DNA of 64,000 bases from Promethearchaeota archaeon (GTDB lineage: Archaea; Asgardarchaeota; Lokiarchaeia; Sigyniarchaeales; SOKP01), in assembly GCA_019058445.1 (NCBI GenBank), contig JAHPZA010000006.1, positions 480,001-544,000 of the forward strand, given 5' to 3'. The translations under genes were made by a program, and so were the position numbers. The stretch's first letter is position 1. Every line of letters starts with the position of its first letter. The notes below the pieces were generated by a model. It was not told the origin of the DNA and made no database searches. It saw only the letters and a program-made list of their open reading frames with translations. Below, piece after piece: positions 59,340 to 64,000 of the stretch.

Positions 59340-59705
59340 AATCATATTTTTTTTCTTTATACTTTTTTACATCAAACATGTCTTACATAATGTAATCGAA
59401 CGAGACCAGAATCATAAGTCACTATGTTAACTAAAATTAAATTAATTTGAAATGATGTAGAGATTTTTATTTCTCTACTTTTTAACAATAGCAAAGAACG
59501 TAGTTATATTAAATTATCGCGTATAATTCTGCGAAGGAGAACACAAATCCAATTTAAAATATGAATAAATTTAAATATAAATTTAATTATCTTTTATCTA
59601 CTGAAATAAAACTCCATACCAGATAGGCTATGCGAAATTTAAGTATTATTTCATAACTTTATTTTTTTTAAATCCAATTAACGACTCAGGAAATAACAGG
59701 GTATA

Positions 59706-61460
59706 ATGAACGAGCTGGAACTTTTAGAAGAGAATATCATAAAGTTAAAAATATTGAGACAAATATTAGAAGATTCCTCGCCTAGAGACACTTCTAAGGA
59801 ATATAATAATGAGATTATTAAAATTATAAATGAATCTATTGACTGCATAACTTTATCTTTAAAGAAAATAAAGAAAAACTATGAAGAAGAATATGAGATA
59901 AAATTTAACCTTATTAAAGATGATTTAGAGAAATATAAACAAGAATTAAAGGAAAAAATCAAAGTGAAATCAAAAAAGCTAAAGAAAACCGAACAAAACT
60001 ACCAATTCATAACTGAAAACGTTAATGATGTGATTTCTATCTTTGATAAGCATTTCAATCTCATATATATTAATAAGGCACAGCATAAGATATCAGGTTT
60101 TTCTAAAGATGAAATAATTGGAAAGAAATTAACGGAGTATATTCATCCTGCTGATATTACTCGGAGCTTCAAATTCTTTCAAAAAATTATAGAGAAGGGA
60201 GAAGGATTTGGGGAATTTAGATTAAGATGTAAGGATGGTTCTTATGTGTGGTTGGAAGTTAACGCTAAAATTGTTAACGATAACAATGGAGAAGTTAACG
60301 CGGTTTTGGTCTCTAGGGACATTACTGAACGAAAATTAATAGAAGAAAAATTAAAAGAATCTGAAAAAAAATTTAAAGCTCTTTATGAAAAAATATATTT
60401 AGGTATTCTTCTCGTCACTACAGACGGTACTATTATTGATTGTAATCAATCTTTTGAGAAAATATTAGGATTCACAAAAGAAGAGATCATCGGAAAGAAG
60501 TATAAAGATTTAGATATTCTCCCAAAAAAAATAATTCCAAAACTATTATTACGACTTGAAAAGGTCTCTAAAGGTGAGAAACTTCCCGTAATAGAGTTTA
60601 AAGTGAGAAAAAAAAATGGTGAGATGATTTGGGCACGGATTAAATCTACTTTTATTGATGTTGGTACTAATTCATATATACAAATTGTTGGAGAAGATAT
60701 TACTGAATTAAAGCAAGCAGAAATTCTCGTTAAAAGGGAGCTAGAAAAATTAAAAGAACTTGATCAAGTTAAAACTGAATTTATTACGAGAATTTCCCAT
60801 GAATTGAAGACTCCATTAGCTTCGATATGGGGGGCAACTGAATTTTTATTGGAATATTATAAAGAAAAGATGGAACAGTCAGTTGTCGAACTAATCGAAA
60901 TTATAAACAAAGGTGCAAATAGATTAAAACACCTCGTTGATGATCTAATTGATGTTTCAATGATAAATTCTAAACAATTAGAATTTCAAGTTCAGGAAGT
61001 GAATCTCACAAAAATTCTTGAATATTGTATTAATCATTTAAAATTTCTCGCTCAAAAGCGAAATATTCTTATTAGTTTTAATTTTCAAGAAGAGGTTTAT
61101 ATCCAAGTAGATAAAATAAGGATTGAGCAAGTATTCATAAACATTTTATCAAATGCTATAAAAAATACACCTCCAAAAGGTAAAATAACCATTATTTTAG
61201 AAAAAAATGATAATTATGCTGATATTTTCTTTAAAGATACAGGAGTTGGTTTACTTAAATCAGAGGAGGACAAATTATTTAAAAAGTTTGGAAAGATTGA
61301 AAGATATGGAAAAGAAATGGATGTGAATACTCAAGGTTCTGGACTCGGTCTATATCTTTCAAAAGGAATTGTTGAGTTACATGGAGGAACGATTTGGGTA
61401 GAGTCCGAGGGAAGGAATAAAGGTTCAACATTCATTATTAGATTACCATATTCTCCTTGA
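59706..61460 (+). CDS. PAS sensor histidine kinase
   Basis: Two PAS/PAC domains, SHELKTPL, NILSNAIK, DTGVG, GSGLGL. Confidence 0.94.
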   Translation: MNELELLEENIIKLKILRQILEDSSPRDTSKEYNNEIIKIINESIDCITLSLKKIKKNYEEEYEIKFNLIKDDLEKYKQELKEKIKVKSKKLKKTEQNYQFITENVNDVISIFDKHFNLIYINKAQHKISGFSKDEIIGKKLTEYIHPADITRSFKFFQKIIEKGEGFGEFRLRCKDGSYVWLEVNAKIVNDNNGEVNAVLVSRDITERKLIEEKLKESEKKFKALYEKIYLGILLVTTDGTIIDCNQSFEKILGFTKEEIIGKKYKDLDILPKKIIPKLLLRLEKVSKGEKLPVIEFKVRKKNGEMIWARIKSTFIDVGTNSYIQIVGEDITELKQAEILVKRELEKLKELDQVKTEFITRISHELKTPLASIWGATEFLLEYYKEKMEQSVVELIEIINKGANRLKHLVDDLIDVSMINSKQLEFQVQEVNLTKILEYCINHLKFLAQKRNILISFNFQEEVYIQVDKIRIEQVFINILSNAIKNTPPKGKITIILEKNDNYADIFFKDTGVGLLKSEEDKLFKKFGKIERYGKEMDVNTQGSGLGLYLSKGIVELHGGTIWVESEGRNKGSTFIIRLPYSP

Positions 61461-61639
61461 GAACTTTCGATTATACCAAAGAAAGAACAAAAACTTGTCA
61501 TGACGGCTTGTTTAAAGGAGTTACTCAGAGTAAGTATATTTGTGATACTCTTGGAGATTATTCTTTAATTCTTGCCATAATATTTATGACCAAGACCTTC
61601 ACGATTATTAGAATTAAACAACAATAATCTTTATTTATC

Positions 61640-62314
61640 TTATCTATTTTCAAGTGAATATTCTTTTAAGTTCAAATAATGAATGGATTTATCGGAAATC
61701 ACAGAATAGTCCAAAATTTTAATTCTTTTTTTAAAATTCGGGGAATTAAGGACTAAAGTGTGATATTCACCTTGTTCTCCACATATATCTAAGTTGTTTT
61801 CTTGATTTAATGAGATTAACTTCTTAATGGTTGTTCTATTCATTTTTTTTCCAATCCAGTTTTTTGTTAACCAAGGTTCTTTAACACATGAAAAAATAAT
61901 CTCAAATTTGTTTTTTAGCAGGGTTTTAAGTATTTCAAGACGGTTGGAATGCCATAAAGGTAAGAAAACTTCACAATTTATGGATTTACACTGTTCAGTA
62001 ATCCAGTTAGGATAATTGTTAACTTCAGAGATATCTCCGGTTATTACTATAGAAATCCCTGTTTTTTCTCTTAAATAAGTTAATTGGTTTCTATAACTGA
62101 TATCATAAGGTTCTTCAACATTCAAGATGTAATGTGGAAGTCCTAGAGCTTCCGCTTGCAAAGTTAAATATTTTAGGGGATGCGAGCGAAAATTAGCACT
62201 TTTAGGGGCAAAAGTACATAAATTTATTATTTCAATTCCCGATTGATTAGCTTTATATAGCGCTAACCCAGAATCCTTCCCACCTGTCCATAAAACAGTC
62301 CCTTTTTTTTGCAT
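61640..62314 (-). CDS. Diphthine-ammonia ligase family (PP-loop ATPase)
   Basis: WTGGKDS, GDI, PLW, DICGEQGEYHTLV. Confidence 0.88.
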   Translation of the reverse strand: MQKKGTVLWTGGKDSGLALYKANQSGIEIINLCTFAPKSANFRSHPLKYLTLQAEALGLPHYILNVEEPYDISYRNQLTYLREKTGISIVITGDISEVNNYPNWITEQCKSINCEVFLPLWHSNRLEILKTLLKNKFEIIFSCVKEPWLTKNWIGKKMNRTTIKKLISLNQENNLDICGEQGEYHTLVLNSPNFKKRIKILDYSVISDKSIHYLNLKEYSLENR

Positions 62315-62672
62315 AATTCGATACTATTTTTAGTCTCTAATAATGTTTTAAATAAAGATATTAATGTATATTGTTTTATATCATCATCAATTTATACTAT
62401 ATTTATACCATCAGTAAATTTTCTAATTTTTATATTTATAATCTATCTTTTTTGACTTTTTTTCTTGGTTATTTATACTCAGAGTAGTGACTTTTTTAAA
62501 TACCATTAGAAGTTCCGTTAGTGTCGAATTGAGATTCACAAAATTTTGCTATTAAACACCATATTTAATTTATTAGAAAATAAAAAAGATTTAGGTTAAT
62601 TAACTTTTACAGAAATAGGTGAAATCTTTAGTAATTATTGAAAATAACTATTTTTTTAAAGAACATGATCAG

Positions 62673-63464
62673 TCAAATAAATGCAATTAGAAATGTCATT
62701 GAACTTACAACTAAAACAAGAATAAGAAGAATTCTAATTGATGATCCCTTAGTTTCTTTTTCTCGAACAGCTAAATAAAAACAATATATCCCAATAATCA
62801 ATATTATTGTCGTTCTTATCGCCATTTTTTCAGGCGTCCAGAGACCGAGTGGTGGAATATAATTATCGAAATCGGGTATTTCTGGTCTTACTAAGAAATT
62901 AATCCAATCACAGATAAAACTTAACACAATAGCCAATCCTGTTAAATAAAATAATATGATTCTTTTTCTCTCTTTATCAAAAAATATTTTGAATTGCTCT
63001 TTTGTATCATTGAAATCTGCATCATAATAATTCATAACAAAATAGGTTCCAATTATAATTGTTCTTAAAGGAATGGCAAATACCCACAAAGTTACGAGAT
63101 AGGTAACAGTAAGTGGATGTGTTAATGGATATAATCCATAGTTATACCATAAAATCCAAGGATATCCAATCCAATTCCAAAATCCAGTAGATAAGCTGTC
63201 AATTATGCCATCGAGAAATATAAAAAAAACAAGAATGATAAATGCTCTAGAAGGTGTAGTAGCATGTCTTGGAATAAAAATTGAACAAAGTAACCACACA
63301 ATCATCATGATTGAAAATAAGTCCCAACCATAAAGGTCAGTTTTAGCGATTACATTAACTATTATCATAATAATTGTAAAAAAACTCATTAAAACGATAT
63401 AGAGCGATTCCCAATTTGCATCGATAAATTCAATGATCACACTTTTTATGGAGAAATCTGACAT
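62673..63464 (-). CDS. Hypothetical multi-pass membrane protein
   Basis: About 7 hydrophobic segments. Confidence 0.65.
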   Translation of the reverse strand: MSDFSIKSVIIEFIDANWESLYIVLMSFFTIIMIIVNVIAKTDLYGWDLFSIMMIVWLLCSIFIPRHATTPSRAFIILVFFIFLDGIIDSLSTGFWNWIGYPWILWYNYGLYPLTHPLTVTYLVTLWVFAIPLRTIIIGTYFVMNYYDADFNDTKEQFKIFFDKERKRIILFYLTGLAIVLSFICDWINFLVRPEIPDFDNYIPPLGLWTPEKMAIRTTIILIIGIYCFYLAVREKETKGSSIRILLILVLVVSSMTFLIAFI

Positions 63465-63830
63465 AAATCTTGATGTTTTTTTATTAATTACAAATAATCA
63501 CTTATTTGATAAGAATGTTAATTTTATAGTTTCAAATAGTTAAATTTAGAGTAAGACGAGATCTAATTCATTTAATCATATATCGCTGGAACTATTACTT
63601 AATGCAGAATAAATGAATAGATTATTCAAGAAAAAATCAAGAAAGGTTGATATTATTTATATTTAAAAATTGTGAATGGTGAGATTTGACAATATTCAGT
63701 TTACCTCTAAGTTGATGACTCTTAAAGTTTAAAAAAGTTTGGTATAAATCCTTAATTAGGGCGTTAAAGCTCCAGATTTTTCACGCAATAATTTAGAAAA
63801 GTTAATAAAATATATCAAATAGAAATTGAT

Positions 63831-64000
63831 ATGACTAATCCTAAAAAAGCCCTTAAATGGAAAAATCAAGGTATTGCATTTTATGATGATAAAAAATACG
63901 ATAAAGCCATTGAAGCATTTAAAAAGTCATTGAGTTTTGATGAAAATGATGCCAGTACGTGGAATAATATAAGTACAGTTTATACAGAATTAAAGGAATA
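63831..64000 (+). CDS. TPR protein, 5' part (runs off window)
   Basis: MTNPKKALKWKNQGIAFYDDKKYDKAIEAFKKSLSFDENDASTWNNIS TPR consensus. Confidence 0.75.
   Translation, partial: MTNPKKALKWKNQGIAFYDDKKYDKAIEAFKKSLSFDENDASTWNNISTVYTELKE

Noticed and set aside
1623-62015. Short ORFs overlapping established genes, mostly antisense (e.g. 1623, 3538, 6293, 11948, 17135, 18114-19238, 21798, 36743, 39961, 46730, 51824, 54542, 55380, 57866, 61827)
   Set aside because: Shadow ORFs of well-supported genes, with no motifs of their own.
36061-64000. attR duplicate of the tRNA-Phe 3' end
   Set aside because: No copy of TTCAAATCTCGCTCTTGGCA found by eye; a BLASTN check is still needed.

Overview
This is an AT-rich archaeal window. 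The gene content points to Asgard archaea, most likely Lokiarchaeia: TFB-Gar1, archaeosine ArcS/RaSEA, DnaG, the S19e-PDCD5-L39e-L31e-aIF6-LX-prefoldin-FtsY-SecE cluster, Rpp21, Nep1, TM+longin-like proteins and a UxxC selenoprotein. Bases 1-36 kb are mostly housekeeping, but they hide features the ORF track misses or breaks: a TFB that must start at a non-canonical codon (probably ATT), a Sec-containing peroxiredoxin-like gene (in-frame TGA in UPYC), rpl39e, a tRNA-Gly(TCC) with a 53/54 intron, and a tRNA-Phe(GAA) with three non-canonical BHB introns. An accessory/defence-like island starts immediately after tRNA-Phe (about 36.1-59.4 kb). It contains an acidic-repeat/HTH/LAGLIDADG protein, two membrane proteins, a HEPN-like-TPR protein, a HerA/VirB4-like ATPase, a Gabija-type OLD+UvrD pair, a second UvrD, a Schlafen(AlbA_2) protein and an intact Mutator/IS256-like IS with an 8-bp TSD. 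It also holds a tail-anchored Dcd/dUTPase-fold protein lacking the deaminase Glu, followed by several membrane proteins. No integrase, attR or CRISPR array was seen. All family assignments are by eye from motifs; no searches were run.
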